NCBI RefSeq assembly: GCF_035084215.1
Contig: NW_027139442.1
Coordinates: forward strand, 2,294,001 to 2,358,000
Source of the DNA: Heptranchias perlo
Lineage: Eukaryota
Direction of reading: 5' to 3'
Length of the DNA stretch: 64,000 nucleotides
In this document: positions 24,101-39,100 of the stretch, in pieces
Numbering within the stretch: the first letter of the stretch is position 1
Layout: every line of letters starts with the position of its first letter
Position numbers and translations under genes: made by a program
Notes under the pieces: generated by a model
Told to the model about the DNA's origin: nothing
The model's input: only the letters and a program-made list of their open reading frames with translations
Databases searched by the model: none

Positions 24101-27100
24101 GAAGGAGGCCATTCGGCTCGTCGTGCCTGTGCCGACGACCTTGCGCTTTCCCCATAGCCCTGTAAATGTTTCCCTTCAAATATTGAATCGGTTACCATCA
24201 CTCTGTCAAGCAACGCATTCCAAATCATAACAACTGGCTGCATAAGAAATCTTTCCTCATGTCGCCTCTGGTTGTTTTGCCAATCACCTTAAATCTATGT
24301 CGTCTGGTGACTTTGATGAAATGACGGAGAGGGTTGATGAGGGCAATGCGGTCGATGTTGTGCATATGGACTTTCAAAAGGCATTTGATGAAGCACCAAA
24401 TAATAGACTTGCAAGAAAAATTGAAGCCCATGGGATTCAATGGAGAGTGGAAGCGTGGTTGTAAAATTGGCTAAGGGACAGAAAGCAAAGAGTAGTGGTT
24501 TTCAAACTGGAGGGAAGTCGACAGTACTGTTCCCTAGTGATCGGCATTAGAACCACGGCTCTTTTTGATATATATTACTGGCCTCGACTTGGGCATACGG
24601 AGTATAATTTCAAAGTTTTCAGATGATACGAAACTCGGACATGTGGCAAACAATGTTCAGAATAATATCAGACTTCAGGAGGACATAGACACTCTGGTGA
24701 AATGGGTAGACACATGGCAGATGAAATTTAACTCTGAGCAGTGTGAAGTGATATATTTTGGGAGTCAGAATTAGAAGAGGCAATTACCGAATTGGACCGA
24801 ATTGACTCCTTCTGCGTTGTACTCTACTGTGATATTATGATACTGACCCTTTTGTCACAGGAAACAGTTTCTCACTATTTACGCTTTCAAAACCGTTCAT
24901 GATTTTGAACAACTCTATTAAATCACCCCTTAACCTTCTCTACTCGAAGGAGAACAATCCCAGCTTCTCCAATCTATCCGTGTAACTGAAGTACTCACCC
25001 CTGGATCCATTCTAATAATTCTCTTTTGTACCCTCTCTAAGGCCGTGTCATCCTTGCTAAAGTGTGGTGCCCTGAATTGAACAGAATACTTTAGCTGAGA
25101 CCTAACCAGTGTTTTAGCATATCGTCCTTACTTTTGTATCTAAGCCTCTATTAATAAAGCCAAGTTTCCCATACTCTTTTTGAACGGTATTCTCAAATGA
25201 TCCTTCCACATTCAAAGATTTGTGTACATACCCCCCAGGTCACTCTGTTCCTGCACTCCATTTAGAATTGTACCATTTAGTTTGTATTGCCTCTCCTCGT
25301 TTTTCCGACCAAAATGTATTACTTTACACTTCGCTGCATTAAATTAAATCAACCATGTGTCTGTCCATTTCACCACGATGTCTATGTCCTCCTCTAATCT
25401 GTTACTTTCCTCGACATGATTTACTACATTTCCGAGTTTCGTGTCATCTGTAAACTTTGAAATTATACGCTGCATACCCAAGTCTAGGTCATTAATATAA
25501 TCAAAAGGAGCAGTGGACCTAATGTCAACCCCTGGGGAACATTACTCTGTGCATCCTTCCAGTCTGACAATGATCCGTTCACCATTGCTCTCACAATTGT
25601 CCCCGGGCCAATTTTATATCCACGCTGCGACCGAACCTATAATGCTAATATTGCTAACAAATCTACAATGTGGTACTTTAGCAACTGCCTTTTGAAGGTC
25701 CATATACACAGCATCAACCGCACTCCCCTCATCAACCCTCTCCGCTACTTCATCAACAGAATCAATGAAATTAGTCAAACATGATTTTGCTTTAACCAAT
25801 CCGTGCTGACTTTCATTCGAGTTTGATGAAGTAGGGAAGGAGAAGGCTCGTGTGGAGCATAATCGCCGGTATGGACCTGTTGGGCCGAATGGCCTGTTTC
25901 TCTGCTGTACATTCTATGTAATTCGATGTAATGTAATTTATTAGCCCATAATTTTCCAAGTGACAATTATTTTTGTCTCAGACTATTGTCTTTAAATGTT
26001 TTCCCACCAGCGACGTTAGGCTGACTGGCCGATGATTGCCGGATTGATCCCTCTTCACTTTTTTGAAGAATTGTTTAACATTTGCAATCCTCCAGTCCTC
26101 TTGCACCACTCCCATAACTAAGGAGGATTGAAAGATTTTGGCGAGATCCTCTGCAATTTCCATCCTTACTTTCCTCAGTAACCAAGACACATCCCATCTG
26201 GACCGGGTGACTGTTCTACTTTGGGTCATTCCAAACTTTTACGCACCTCCTCTTTATCTATATTTATCCTATCTCATATCGCTGCTATCTCCTCCTTTAT
26301 TGCTACATTGACAATATCCTCTTCACTAGTGACAATCAATGCGAAGTATTCATTTATTACCTCAGCAATCGCCCCTGCCTCGACAAGAAGGTCGCCCTTT
26401 ATGTGCCAATCAGTCCTACCCTAACATTGATTATGCTTCTACCATGTAAATATCAATAAAATGCTTTTGGATTCCCTTCTATGCTCACGGCTCTATTCGC
26501 ATACTCTCTCTTTGCCCCTCTTATTTCCTTTCATGAATCTCCTCCGCAATTTTTTGTTTTCAGCTTGGTTCTCTGCTATATTATGACTCTTACATTTACC
26601 ATAAACGTCCCTTTTCTGTTTCATTTTAATTGATGTATCTTTCGTCATCCAGGAAGTTCCAGATTTGGATGCCTTTCATTTCCCCTGGTGGGAATATATC
26701 TACTCTGTATCCGATCCATCTCCTCCTTGAAGGCCTCCCATTGTGCAATTACTGTTTTGCCGAACAATTTCTGATTCCAATCTAACTTGGCCAGATCCCT
26801 TTTTAACTCAATGAAGTTAGCCGTCCTCCGGTTAAGTATCTCAATGCTCATCGTTCCTTTTATTTTTCCAAAACTATTTTCCAAACCTGATTATATTATG
26901 ATCACTGTTCCCCGCTGCTCCCCACTGACACATTCTCCACTTGCCCCACTTCATTCCCCAGAATTAGATCCAGCACTGTTTCCTTCCTCGTTGGTCCGAA
27001 AACATACTGATCAATAAAGTTCTCTTGCACACATTTCAATAATTCCTGCCGCTCTTTGCCCTTTGTTACTGTACCTATCCCAGACTATATTGGGATAATT

Positions 27101-30100
27101 GATGTCCCCTGCTCAAACTACTCTCTAGTTCTTGCATCTTTCTGTAATTTGCCTGAAAATTTGCTCCTCTATCTTCTTCCCACATTTTGTTAGCTTATAG
27201 TATACTCCCAGTAGCGTAATAGCTCCCGTATTGTTCCTTAATTCCAACCAAATAGATTATGTCTTTTACCCATCAACTACATCATCCCCTTCCAGTACCA
27301 TAATAGTTTATCTGATCAATACTGTCACAACCCCGCCCCCCACCCCTTCTTTCCATCCGTATCGTTCCTGATTACTTTATAGCCAAGAATATTAAGTTGT
27401 CAATCCTTCCTTCTTTGAGCCAGATCTCAGTTATGGCCACCATATCATAGTCCCATATGCGACTTGTGCGTGAAAATCACAAACTTTATTTACCATGCAA
27501 TGTGCTGTCCAAACTCACCTGAGACTGATTCGCATTTGCCCCCTGTCTGATCACTCCTATGTGGGACCAAATCTGGAGTAATGTGTGCAGTTTTGGTCTC
27601 CATAATTGAGGAACTATGCCCTTGCCATGGAGTGAGTGCAACGAAGGTTTACCAGATTGGTTCCTGGGATGGCAGGACTAACGTATGAGGAGAGATTGGG
27701 TCGACTAGGCCTATATTCACTCGCGTTTAGAAGAATGATAGGTGATCTAATCGAAAGATAAAATTCCAACAGGACTGGACAGACTAGATGCAGGGAGGAT
27801 GTTCCCGGTGGCTGGAGAGTCCTGAACCAAGGGCCACATTCTCAGGATACAGAGTATGCCATTTAGAACCGAGATGAGGAGAAATTTCTTCACTCAGAGG
27901 GTGGTGAACATGTGGAATTCTGTACCACAGAATGCAGTGGAGGTCAATTCATTCGATGTATTCAAGAAGGAGATGGATATATTTCTTAATGCTAAAGGGA
28001 TCAAGTAATATTGGGGAACAGACGGAACAGGGTACTGAGTTGGACGATCAGCCATGATCATTTTGAAAGTCAGAGCAGGCCTGAAGGGCCGAATGGCCTA
28101 CTCTTCCTCCTATTTTCTTTGTTTCTATTCTCCTATGTTTCTCCGTCTGAACTATTCTTTACTCTAGTGCTATTTGCCTCTCCCATTCCTCTGTGCATCT
28201 TGTTTCTGCTCTCCGATGTTTCATCCTTGTGCCATCCCTCGACCAAATTAAATTAAACGCTCACCCACAGCACTAGTTAAGCTCCCCGCAAGGGGATTGG
28301 TCCGAGGTCTTTTGAGGTGCAACCCCTCCATCTTGAGCAGATCCCTCCTATGCCATTATTGCTCCCAACGCCCCAGGAATCTGATGGCCTCACTCCACCA
28401 CCATTGTTCCAGACACGCATTAACCTGTCTCATCCAATTGCTCCTCTACTCGCTAATGGCTGGCACTGGGCGTAATCCAGAGATTACTACCATTGAGGTT
28501 CTGCTTTTTAACTTCCTCCGTACCTCCTAAAATTCTGACTGCAGGCCCTCAACTCTTTTCCTTTCTATGTCACTGGTTCCCACTAGGACCGCGAATTATG
28601 GCTGTTCCTCTTCCCCCTTCAAAATGTTCTGCCCTCTCTCACTCACCTCACCCTCGGCTACACCACTTGACTCTTCAGTTGATCAATCACCGTCCAACTC
28701 ATTCCATCCAGAATGAAGGTTCACTCACTAATAAAGCCCTTGTCATCCATGTGGATGATTGTGGGGTTGCCTTGACCTTAATTATTTTTGAATGAGAATG
28801 GCAATACCTTGAACCTGACTGACGCCTCCTCACCAGGTTTTACATTCCACCATCTGACCCATTAAAACCGTCGTGGATGCATTGTAGCCCTGATCACCAA
28901 ATCACACATTTTATCTTCTTGAACCGTCTGCTTTTGCCAGCAGCTTACCTTGACCCACATGTCTGGGCTTTCCATTAAATCATAGTTGTGTACCGCCCCC
29001 CGCCTCCCTTATATCTATCTCTTTGATCATCGATATTAACTGCAGTGGAGACAGAAATTACCTTGGTGGCGATCATACATTTTACAGTTTAAGCTATTAA
29101 TACCAGGTTCTACTCCCAGCACCGTGTCTAACAATGCAACAACTGGCAGAAATGATCAAAGAGATTACTAGTGCAGGGATGAAAATTAGTGCAATGGGGA
29201 ATGGATATGGTCCTCCCGCAGTGACTCAATGCAAGTAACGGTAACAGATGAGTCAGATGAGGCAGTGGTTTTGCAACATTACAAGGAGTGGAAAGTTAAA
29301 TGGACAGAAACAAAGCAGAACGGAACATCCAATTCGCTGAAGATGCCCGGCCGAACATTACACTTTCATTGGTCTCGTTTTAGTCGGTAAAATCTGCACA
29401 ACTGAAAGTAAATAATTATATAGTTTATTGCATAGTGAAAGGAACAACTGATTGTTTTACAAACACATATCTGGGAATGATGCGTGAAACACAGTTAACT
29501 ACAGTACCAACAGAATGGAATAATCAAGAGGCAATCTCGACTCAGAAATTGTCCCATAGGATTGGCAAACTGCCAATGTCACTGCATTATTTAGGAAAGG
29601 TAGGAGAGATAAACGAGGAAATTCCATAGCTATTAGTCTAGCGTCAGTTGTCGGGAAGTTACTAGACCCTGTTATTAGGGACAGAGTGACTGAGCATTGT
29701 ACAAATTTGAGCTGATCAGAGAGACCCAGCAAGGATATGTAATGGGTAAGTCATGTCAAACTAACCCAGTTGAGTTTTTGAGGAGGTAACTAACGTGGTA
29801 GATAAGGGAATGTCTCTGGATGTTATTTTTCTATTCGACAAGTTTCTACATAAGAGACTGTTAACAAAAATGGGAATGCAGGGAATTGGAGACATATTAT
29901 TGGCTTGGATATGGAATTGGGTAGGAGGTAGGAGACAGAATGTCGGGATACTCAAACTGGCGGGATATGACTCGTGGTTCCTCCAGGGGATCTATGCTGT
30001 GACCTCAGCTTTTCACGATATTTATAAAGAACTTGCATCAAGGAATAGAGAGCTGTATTTCTAAGTTTGATCATGACACTAATTTAGGGGGCACAGTAAA

Positions 30101-33100
30101 TGCTGCAGACTGGAGCAGAAATTTGCAAAGAGACATTAATAGATTAAGTGAGTGGGCAAAAACAGTGGCAGATGGAGTTCAATGTGGAAAACTGTGAGGT
30201 CATCCACTTTTGCCAACAGACTATTTTCAAAATGGCGAGAAGCTAGAAAGCAGAGAGATTTCGGGTTCAAAGTACAGAAATCAATAAAAGCTTGGTACAG
30301 AAATTAATTGAAAGGCTAATGTAATGTTGGCCTGTATCTCAAGTGGACTAGAATACAAAGCGGTGGAAGTTATGTTACAGATGTGCAGAGCTCCAGTCAG
30401 ACCACATTTAGAGTATTGTTTTTAGCTCTGGGCACTGCACCTCTGGAAGAATATATTGGCCTTGGAAGGGGTGCAACGCAGATTCACCAGAATGATACCG
30501 GGGTGAAAAGGGTAAATTATGAGGACAGATTGCATAGACTCGGCTTATAGTCCCTTGAATATAAAAGATTAAGTGGTAAATCTAATTGAGATGTTTTGAA
30601 AGATCAAATGAGTTGACCGGGTAGATGGAGAGAAGCTGGATCAATTGAAAAATTCAAAACAGAGATTGGTAGGTTTTTATCAGGTAAGCGATATGGAGCC
30701 AAGACAGGTCAATGGAGTTGAGATACAGAGCAGCTATTATCTAATTCAGTGGCGGAACAGGGTCGAGGTGGTGAATGGCCTACTTCTGTTCTAATGGGAA
30801 GACTGTATGAAATAATTGACAAGATTCGGTTTCCACCACTCACATAGATCATTAAAATAAAATCAAAAAGACAACTGCAATGCTGCTTGTCTGACTCCAG
30901 TCGGATTTTCTGTTGTAATACAAGGATGTCAGATAGATAGAATTACAGAGAAATTACAACACGGAGAAACGCTGTTAGGCCCAATAAGTTCGTGTTGGCC
31001 CACAAGAGAAGTAGACCTAATCCCATTCCTCACCTTGTTTCCACAACCCTTTTATCCTCCTTTCCTTCAACCATTTATCTAAACTATTGTTCAATGTTAA
31101 CATGGTCTCTGTGTCAATCACCAGCCTCACAACTCTCGGTTTAAAATTGTTTCTCCTGTTCACTGCACTAAATCGCTTACATTTGATCTCTATCTATATC
31201 CATTTGTTTTACATTCCCCAATCAACTCCTCCGAATTTTTAAATACAAGTAGCGCAGATGGGAGCAGTAACTTACAGACGGACAAAGAGAGATTAAATGA
31301 GTGGGCAAAGAGAGATTAAATGAGTGTTCAATGTGGACAAGTGAGGGATCATCCTCTTAGAACCCAAGAAAGATGAATTGCAGTATTTTCTAACTGGTGA
31401 GAAACTAGGAACGGTGGAAAATGGGTGTCCATTTACATAAATCAATAAAAGCTCGTAGACACATAAAAAAACAATCAAAGTGGCGAATGGAACTCTGGCC
31501 TTTATCTCAAAGGGACTGGAATACAATGGGGAGAAAGATATGCTTCATTTGTGCACAGCCTTGGCTGGACCATCTCTGGAGTACTGCATTCAGTTTTGGG
31601 CACCGAAACTCAGGAAGGATATATTGGCCTTGGAGGGGGTTCATCATAGATTCATCAGAATGATACCGAGGCTTACAGGATTAAATAATATATTGAAAGG
31701 TAGCCTTAAATTAGCTTATATTTCCTTGAGTATTGAAATTTCAGGGGTTATCCAATCGATAAAGATATTCGATACGGTAGAAAGGCAGAAACTATTTCCT
31801 CTCGTCAGGGAATCCAGAAGAATATTAAAATTAGAACTGAGACATTTAGGAGTGAACGTAGGTCGCACTTTTTCACACGAAGTCCAGTAATAACCGAGAA
31901 CTCCCTCCCCAAAAAGGCTGTGCATGCTGGGACAAATACAATTTTCAATACTGAGATGGATAGATTTTAATACTGGCTGGATTAAAGGTGAGCAAATGCG
32001 GTTGAGGTGCAGATCAGCCATGATCCAATTGCATGGCGGAGCAGGGTCGAAATGCTGAATTGCCGACTCCTGTTCCTATTTACAATGATCCAAACCCTGG
32101 ATTTTCCTCTGCTACAATGAATGCAGCTGGATTTTTGATTGGAGAGAAAGATGAGGCTCATCTAACTGATGGTTAGTTTCACTGCGCACCGACTCTTTTC
32201 AACTCAACTCTGAGTTGTGGGCTTACATTTATTATAAATACTGGTGGCAGCAAAGCATTAATAAGTATTAATATTCACCTACATAATGCGTGCAAGTCTG
32301 GCAAAGTGTAGCTTAGGTAAAATTAATCTTTAACTTTTGTTTCAGATTCTCTTGTGATTCCAAGAATTGCTCTGGACCAACATTCGGGTGTGTACCTAAA
32401 AGGAGATGCGGCCACTCTAACATGTACCAGTCTCGGGCTCCACAGCGGTAGCCCTTTCACTTTCTACAGAAACAGTGAGTTACTGACCCGCACCGATGTA
32501 GATCGACGTTGGGCCAGGCTCCGCATTGACCAGATCTCTGATGGGGACAAAGGATCGTATACTTGCCGGGACACGAAAACTGTTTCAGGAAGAGAGGTGC
32601 AATCACAGTACAGCAACTCTGTTGAAATAACTGTTACAGGTAAATGAAAAGAAAGAAAGACTTGCATTAATATATAGCGCCTTTCACGACCTCAGGATGT
32701 CCTAAAGAGCTTAGCAACCAATGACGTAATTTTAAAGTGTAGTCACTGCTGTAATGTAGGAAACGCGCCAGCTAATTTGCTCATAGGAAGATCCCACAAA
32801 AACCAATGAGATAACGGACAGATAATATGCTTTTTTCCCCCTCCTGTTGGTTGAGGGATAAATAGTGGACAGAACTCCAGGGAGAACACCACTGCTCTTC
32901 TTTGAAATCATGCCATCTTTTACGTCCACCTGAGAGTGCAGACGACGGTACCTCCGACAATGCAGCACTCACTCAGTTCAACCGGCCGTATACGTTGCAA
33001 AACTCAAGGAACTGGTTAACTTGATAATAGTTATTACATGTGCACGTTATGGTGGTGACGCCGATATTAGTAACCGCTGGCAGACACCGCCAGGCCCACC

Positions 33101-36100
33101 GCCATCTACAAATCTTACTGTGGATTAATTGCAAACTGTCAAATTAGAAAAAATGTAAATTGACGTCCGATGTGACGCGAAGATGAGCTTCTGACCACAT
33201 ATCCGCTCCATCACCAAGAGTGCCTACTTCCACCTAACATTGCCCATCTCCACCCTTGGTTTATATGCTGCTGAAACCCTCATCCTTGCCTTTTTTACCT
33301 CTAGACTCGACTTTTCCAGTGCTCTCCGAGCCGGTCTCCCATCTTCTACCCTCCACGAAATTGAGCAAATGAAAAAAACTCTGCTGCACTTCTCTTAACT
33401 CTCACCAATTCCCGAAAACCCATCTCCTCTTGTGCTCACTGACCTGCATTGGCTTACGGTCCTGCAACGCTTCGATTTTAAAATTCTCATCCTTGTTTTC
33501 AAAACCCTCCATGGCCTCACCACTCCCTATTTCCGTAATCTCCTCCAGCCCCACAATCCTCCTGAGATCTCTGCGCTCATCCAATTCTGGCCTCTTCCGC
33601 ATCCATGATTTTCATTGCTCCACAATTGGCGCCCAAGCGTTCAGCTGCCTGGGCTCCAACCGCTGTATTCCCTCGCGAAACCTCTCGGCCTCTCTTCCCC
33701 TCTCTCCTTCTAAAAACCTATCTGTCCAAGCTTTTGGTCACCGACCTCAATATCTCCTCATATTGTTCGGTATCAAATTTTGTTTGGTATCGCACCTGTG
33801 AAGCACCGTCGGACGTTTTACTACGATAAAGGCGCTATGCAAGTATTTGTTGTATAATCCAGTCTGCTCCTCTGATAAATGATCAGAAATAAGAATTGCA
33901 GATTAATGCATTCCCCTGACTCCACTCGCTTTCCACGGTGCAATTTCTGAGCTAAAACTCAACTTTGGAAATACCACACGCAGTTGATTAATTTCTTGTT
34001 ATTTCGCACTTTTCTATCATTCTCCTGATGAGACCACGAATTCCCCTTTTTGACATCTCAGTCCCCGATCGAACAGCAGAATCTATATTGAGTTTCTAAA
34101 CTTCCACAGCACAAGTAAACCCAAAGATCGATTTCTAATTGGTCTTTCCATTTATTTACCACAGATTCGCTAACACCGCCAGAGGTATCACTTGATCAAT
34201 CGACTGGTGTGTATTTGGAAGGAGAGGCAGTCACCATTACCTGCACCGTGACGAGGGACTATCTCGGCGAAGTATTCTACTTTTACGGAAATAGCGAAAT
34301 TCTGTACTCTAGTCAAATCGTCACAAAGAACAACATTGGAACATTCACGGTAACAGGTACAAACCAGGGAGGGCGGTACCAATGCCGATATGGAAGATCC
34401 GTCAACAGAAGGTGGCTGTGGTCCCAGCTCAGCGAGGCTGTGTCGGTAACGATAGCAGGTGAGTGATATTGAACAGAGATTTTTAATATGCCTGTTCAAG
34501 CTCTTAACATATATTTTTCAAAACACGCTCTATTCACTGCAACAAAATTGAACGTTTAATATTACGAGAGAGGAATATAACCGAATGGCTTTTGATCTCA
34601 TTGCTCAATTGCGCATCGACTGCCCACCAGATCATTACTGGAGTTAACGGTTTGACTTTTCTCGCTTACGTGAAGATATCAAATTCTAATATTCAAACTA
34701 TTCCTCTTTAAGTGCTTGTTTCAGATACTTTGGTATCTCCAATATTGGACCTGCAGTCCGGAATGTAGGAAGGAAACGTTTTAGATTCTAATATTGGACT
34801 TGCAGTCCGGAATGCAGGAAGGAGAGGAAATACATTCCAATATTGGTCCTGCAGTACGGAATGTGGGAAGGAAATGAATTACATTGTAAGATTGGACCTG
34901 CAGTCCGGAATGTAGAAAGGAAAGGAATTACATTCTAATATTGGAACTGCAGTCCGGAATGTAGGAAGGAAAGGAATTACATTGTGAGATTGGACCTGCA
35001 GTCCGGAAAGTAGGAAGGAAAGGAATTACATTCTAGTATTGGACCTGCAGTCCGGAATGTAGAAAGGAAAGGGATTACATTCTAATATTGGAACTGCCGT
35101 CCGAAGTGTAGGAAGGAAAGGCATTACATTCTAATATTGGAGCTGCAGATCAGAATGTAGGAAGGAAAGGAATTACATTCTAATATTGGGCCTGCAGTCC
35201 GGAATGTAGGAAGGAAAGGAATTACATTCTAATATTGGACCTGCAGATCAGAATGTAGGAAGGAAAGGAATTACATTCTAATATTGGACCTGCAGTCCGG
35301 AATGTCGGTAGGAAAGGCATTACATTCTAATATTGGAGCTGCAGCTCAGAATGTAGGAAGGAAAGGAAATACATTCTAATATTGGGCCTGCATTCCGGAA
35401 TGTAGGAAGGAAAGGAATTACATTCTAATATTGGACCTGCAGATCAGAATGTAGGAAGGAAAGGAATTACATTCTAATATTGGACCTGCAGTCCGGAATG
35501 TAGGAAGGAAAGGAATTACATTGTAATATTGGACCTGCAGTCCGGAATGTAGGAAGGAAAGGAATTACATTCTAATATTGGACCTGCAGTCCGGAATGTA
35601 GGAAGGAAAGGAATTACATTCTAGTATTGGACCTGCAGTCCGGAATGTAGGAAGGAAAGGAATTACATTCTAATATTGGACCTGCAGATCAGAATGTAGG
35701 AAGGAAAGGAATTACATTCTAATATTGGACCTGCAGTCCGGAACGTAGGAAGGAAAGTAATTACATTCTAATATTGGACCTGCAGTCCGGAATGTAGGAA
35801 GGAAAGGAATTACATTCTAATATTGGACCTGCAGTCCGGAATGTAGGAAGGAAAGGAATTATATTCTAATATTGGACCTGCAGTCCGGATGTAGGAATGA
35901 GTACAGTTGCTGTCTCGTAACGCTGTTTTGCCCTTTCCAGCCAGGCCGAAAGCTAACAGGATCGGGTGGATCGATCGTTTTACACCCGACCGATTCTAAT
36001 CTGTGCTAACAGATGGTGCGAACTGTAAAACGGGTGCCCGGCCCGAACTAACCCATTTCAAGGCGGCGGGATAGGTTATAATTAGTCCCGTATGTTTTCC

Positions 36101-39100
36101 TGTAATTAACATTAATGTGTTACCTTTTTGTGTTTACAGCTTACCCTCTCAAACCGTCACTATCTCTTAACCGTCGGGATAAAGTATTTGTGACAGGAGA
36201 AGTGGCCACGGTTACTTGTGAATCACGGTCTCCATATTTAGGCAGCAGTTTCTATTTGTACAGAAGAGGCCAAAATACACCAGTCGAAACGGACACAGCC
36301 CAGTCATCGCAATCCGCTGTCACCTTTGACATCACGAACCATTTGGGGGCCGGTTCAGAAGATTACTTCTGTGTATATAAAAATACAGTGTCAGAGCGGG
36401 AGATGATGTCAGAGCGAAGTGATACAGTGAAGGTCACGGTAGTGGGTAAGTTTCAATTCCTATCACTCTAAGATAATCGGATGTTACTTGATGGCCGCTC
36501 ACGCCTTGAAAATATACGTGAAATTCATCCTCGCTGGTAGCGGAAAAACGGCCATAGCAAATCGGCCTCACGTTTTAGGCAGGGCCAATTTTCCTTATCA
36601 TATAAGTAGGAGTGTGGAACAGGCTGCCGTTACATTGCCGTCCATTTTACGCTACCATCAAAGACCGATTTTATCCCCTACATGTCTGAACTATCAGGGC
36701 GAAATATTTAATGCGGCAATGACAGCACGTGGACAGGTTTTTAACTTCAATCACTTTATCCTCACCTTATGAGAGAAATATCTGGGACGAAAACTGATTT
36801 TGGAAATAGAACCCCAGCTAATTTATTTTCTTTCCCATTTCTATTTGTTTTCGCTCATGACGTTGCGAATTCCCCATTTGTAGAATCTCCGTCCCCGATG
36901 CAACCAATTTCCTTGAACACAGTAAAATCGATATTGTGTAACAGACCTTTCACTACACATGAAAATCCACAGATCCATTTCTAATTGTTCGATCCATTTA
37001 TTTTACCACAGACCCGCTTACAAAGCCAGCGATAACTTTTGATCAATCGACTGGAGTGTATTTAGAAGGAGAGACGGTCACTATGACCTGCACCGTGAAA
37101 AGAGAGTATCGCGGTCAAGTCTACTTTTACAAAGAAAATCAACCACTGTCCTCTCGTCAACTCTTCACAAAGGACAATATTGGTACATTGCTGCTTACCA
37201 GTACAAAACAAGGAGGGCTGTACCAATGCCAATATGGAACCTCTGTCACAACAAGACGATTCCTGTCCCAGCCCAGTGAGGCTGTTTGGTTAACTGTAGC
37301 AGGTAAGTGAATAGGAACATAGATGTTAATATATCAGCAGCACGTGTTACATTCCACCCTATTGCTTTTTCCACTGGGCTGCTGAAACGCTACCGCCCGA
37401 ATAGCCCAACACCAAAGACGGGTTTCTACCCCATTGTCACAATTTTTTGCTCCAACCCCAAACAAACCTTGAGGTCAGACCCCAAGGTAACAATTGGTTT
37501 GATTACTTAGGCCCCCCCGGTGGTAAAAGGACCGCTTCGGTCAGCCATCTAATTTACAGTTCGCCCAATTTTAAACTCCATTTTCTTTAATGGAGCTGAG
37601 ATTTATGCGGAGTTTAATACCAGCCGTCGACTGAAATCGTGCCGTTCCTTCCGGAAAGGTCAGGTTAAAATTGCCCATTTTAGCTCATTACTGAGGGAAT
37701 TCTACATTCCAGAGATGAGTCCTCCTTTCAGCCGTTGGCCCGAGATACCCGATCAGGAGCGATGTGAACACAAGAACTTCAAAAGATAACTGCAGGCTGT
37801 GTGATATTGATGCTCATCCATCTTCCTGATTTCCAGTGTTATCTCTCATGTATCTGAACTATCAGACTGAACAGTTTAATGCCAAAATGATAGCAAATCG
37901 TCAGTATTTTAAATCCACTGACTGTCGCGTCACCCTCTCAGATTGACTGGCCTTGTCGCTTTACATTTTTCTATTAGATCTGCATGCGGAGATTTTCAAA
38001 ATAGTCCTTAATGCGGAATATTTAAACTTAATTCTATTGCGACTTTCCATGTCTCTGACTGGATTGCTGTCCGGCAGCTCCTCCCAAACCCGCGACCTGC
38101 ACTAACAAGATGGACAAGTGCAGCATGTGCGTGGGAACACCATCACCCTCGAGTCCCGCTCCAAGTCTCACACCATCCTGACTTGGACATATATCATCAT
38201 CCCTTCATGGTCGCTGGGTCAAAATCCTGGAACTCCCTACGTGACATCATTGTGGGAGCACCTTCACTTTTCAGAAGCCTGCATATAAAGAATAAGACCC
38301 ACCACCACTTTGTCAAGAGCATCCGATGATGGACAAAATTGCGGCCTTTCCAGCAACGCCCACATCCCATTGAATGATTTTTTAAAAGTAATTTCAATTG
38401 CACCAACATTTAACATTTATTTTTAAAGCGAGTCTCCACGGTTTAACGGAGATATTGGGGTCGATCTAGACTTTGTGCGACAAAGTAAAACGGGTGAAAG
38501 CCAATCAGCAATCCCGTTTGACAGAACTCTCTATTTCTATTTCCATTGAAGTCAAATGGGGAGAGATGTAAAATGGGCTTCCGCCTCGCCATCACCCGCT
38601 TTACACTGTACACATGGGGAACGAAGTAAAATGGGCTTCCGACTCGCCATCACCCGCTTTACACTGTACAAATGGGGAAAGATGGAAAATGGGCTTCCGA
38701 CTCGCCATCACTCGTTTTACACTGTACAAATGGGAGAGATGGAAAATGGGCTTCCGACTCGCCATCACCCGCTTTACACTGTACAAATGGGGAGAGATGT
38801 AAAATGGGCTTCCGACTCGCAATTACCCGCTTTACACTGTACAAATGGGGAGAGATGTAAAATGGGCTTCCGACTCGCAATTACCCGCTTTACACTGCAC
38901 AAATGGGGAGAGATGTAAAATGGGCTTTCGACTCGCCATCACCCGCTTTACACCATACAAATGGGGAGAGATATAAAATGGGCTTCTGACTCGCCATCTC
39001 CCGCTTTACACTGCACAAATGGGGATAGATGTAAAATGTGCTTCTGACTCGCCATCTCCCGCTGTGCACTGCACAAATGGGGATAGATGTAAAATCGGCT

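Noticed and set aside
34735-35900. Regular repeats resembling a CRISPR array (also 38555-39300, 60375-62530)
   Set aside because: Head-to-tail units with no unique spacers, no cas genes, eukaryotic context.
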